A DNA stretch of 62,310 nucleotides, filler included, from Squatina squatina (taxonomy: Eukaryota): NCBI GenBank assembly GCA_031763465.1. It is 4 parts of 4 records of this genome, joined end to end, with 100 filler letters (N's around TTAATTAATTAA, not from the genome) between each part and the next. Parts side by side here need not be neighbours in the genome. Positions count along the whole stretch, not along the records: positions 49,392 to 62,310 come from JARFOE010000192.1; 3 more parts are not named here. One strand, 5' to 3'. The position numbers were made by a program, and so were the translations under genes. This document shows positions 61,964 to 62,310 of the stretch, piece by piece. Numbering within the stretch: position 1 is the stretch's first letter; the number at the start of each line of letters is the position of its first letter. The notes under the pieces were generated by a model. The model was not told where the DNA came from. It was given only the letters and a program-made list of their open reading frames with translations, and made no database searches.

Positions 61964-62310
61964 AGGGTGGAAATTACCCTGCGCCCCAATTTGGGGAGGG
62001 CAATCTGCTCAGGGAGAGAGTTCCTGTGTCCAGTGTGGAAGTCCCACCTCGGCCGCTGAATTGGGCTTGCCACCCCTCAAAGGAGGTGGAGCACAATCTC
62101 ACATGCTCCGCTTCCTGTAGGGCATGACCAGCAGCATTGGGAGTGCTATGTGGATGCTCGGTATAGCACTGACGTAATTCATCGCCCCTCCACTTCGCTT
62201 AAAGGGGAGGGCAGCTGTACACTTTGCAGAGACTCTGATGGCCTCCACTGCGTCATACTGGGTCTGCGACACCGCACCCAAAACGGAGTACCGGCCTGCA
62301 AGATGGCGGC
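61964..62310. mobile_element. Start of a GC-rich non-autonomous DNA transposon
   Basis: Abrupt shift to GC-rich sequence beginning gagggtggaaattaccctgcgcccc, resembling the other Harbinger-type termini in the window. Confidence 0.45.

Noticed and set aside
61870-62127. Extended PFK ORF beyond KLSE
   Set aside because: Read-through past a canonical gt donor into intron and transposon sequence.

Overview
This is eukaryotic DNA from a fragmented draft assembly, most likely a cartilaginous fish (shark-type CR1/L2 LINEs, a SacSINE1-like DeuSINE, Penelope ends and PIF/Harbinger MITEs). It has about 30 nominal 100-N gaps. Three artificial N44-TTAATTAATTAA-N44 spacers split it into four probably unlinked scaffolds: 1-12670, 12771-26853, 26954-49291 and 49392-62310. 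Segments 1 and 2 contain no recognisable host coding exons; segment 2 begins with a decayed two-gene PIF/Harbinger transposon. Segment 3 carries a partial PP2A B'' (PPP2R3A/PR130-PR72 type) gene on the minus strand: the PR130-specific region split into two exons, a near-identical PR72 alternative first exon, and three shared exons. Segment 4 carries three PFKP-like exons on the plus strand. Many expected exons are missing, presumably inside gaps. The most notable signals are an intron interrupting the PR130-specific region, a minimal Penelope-type hammerhead ribozyme motif lying sense in that intron, and the deeply conserved PR72/PR130 dual-promoter architecture. I found no convincing wholly new biological system. 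Comparisons to human proteins and repeat consensi are from memory, not from database searches.
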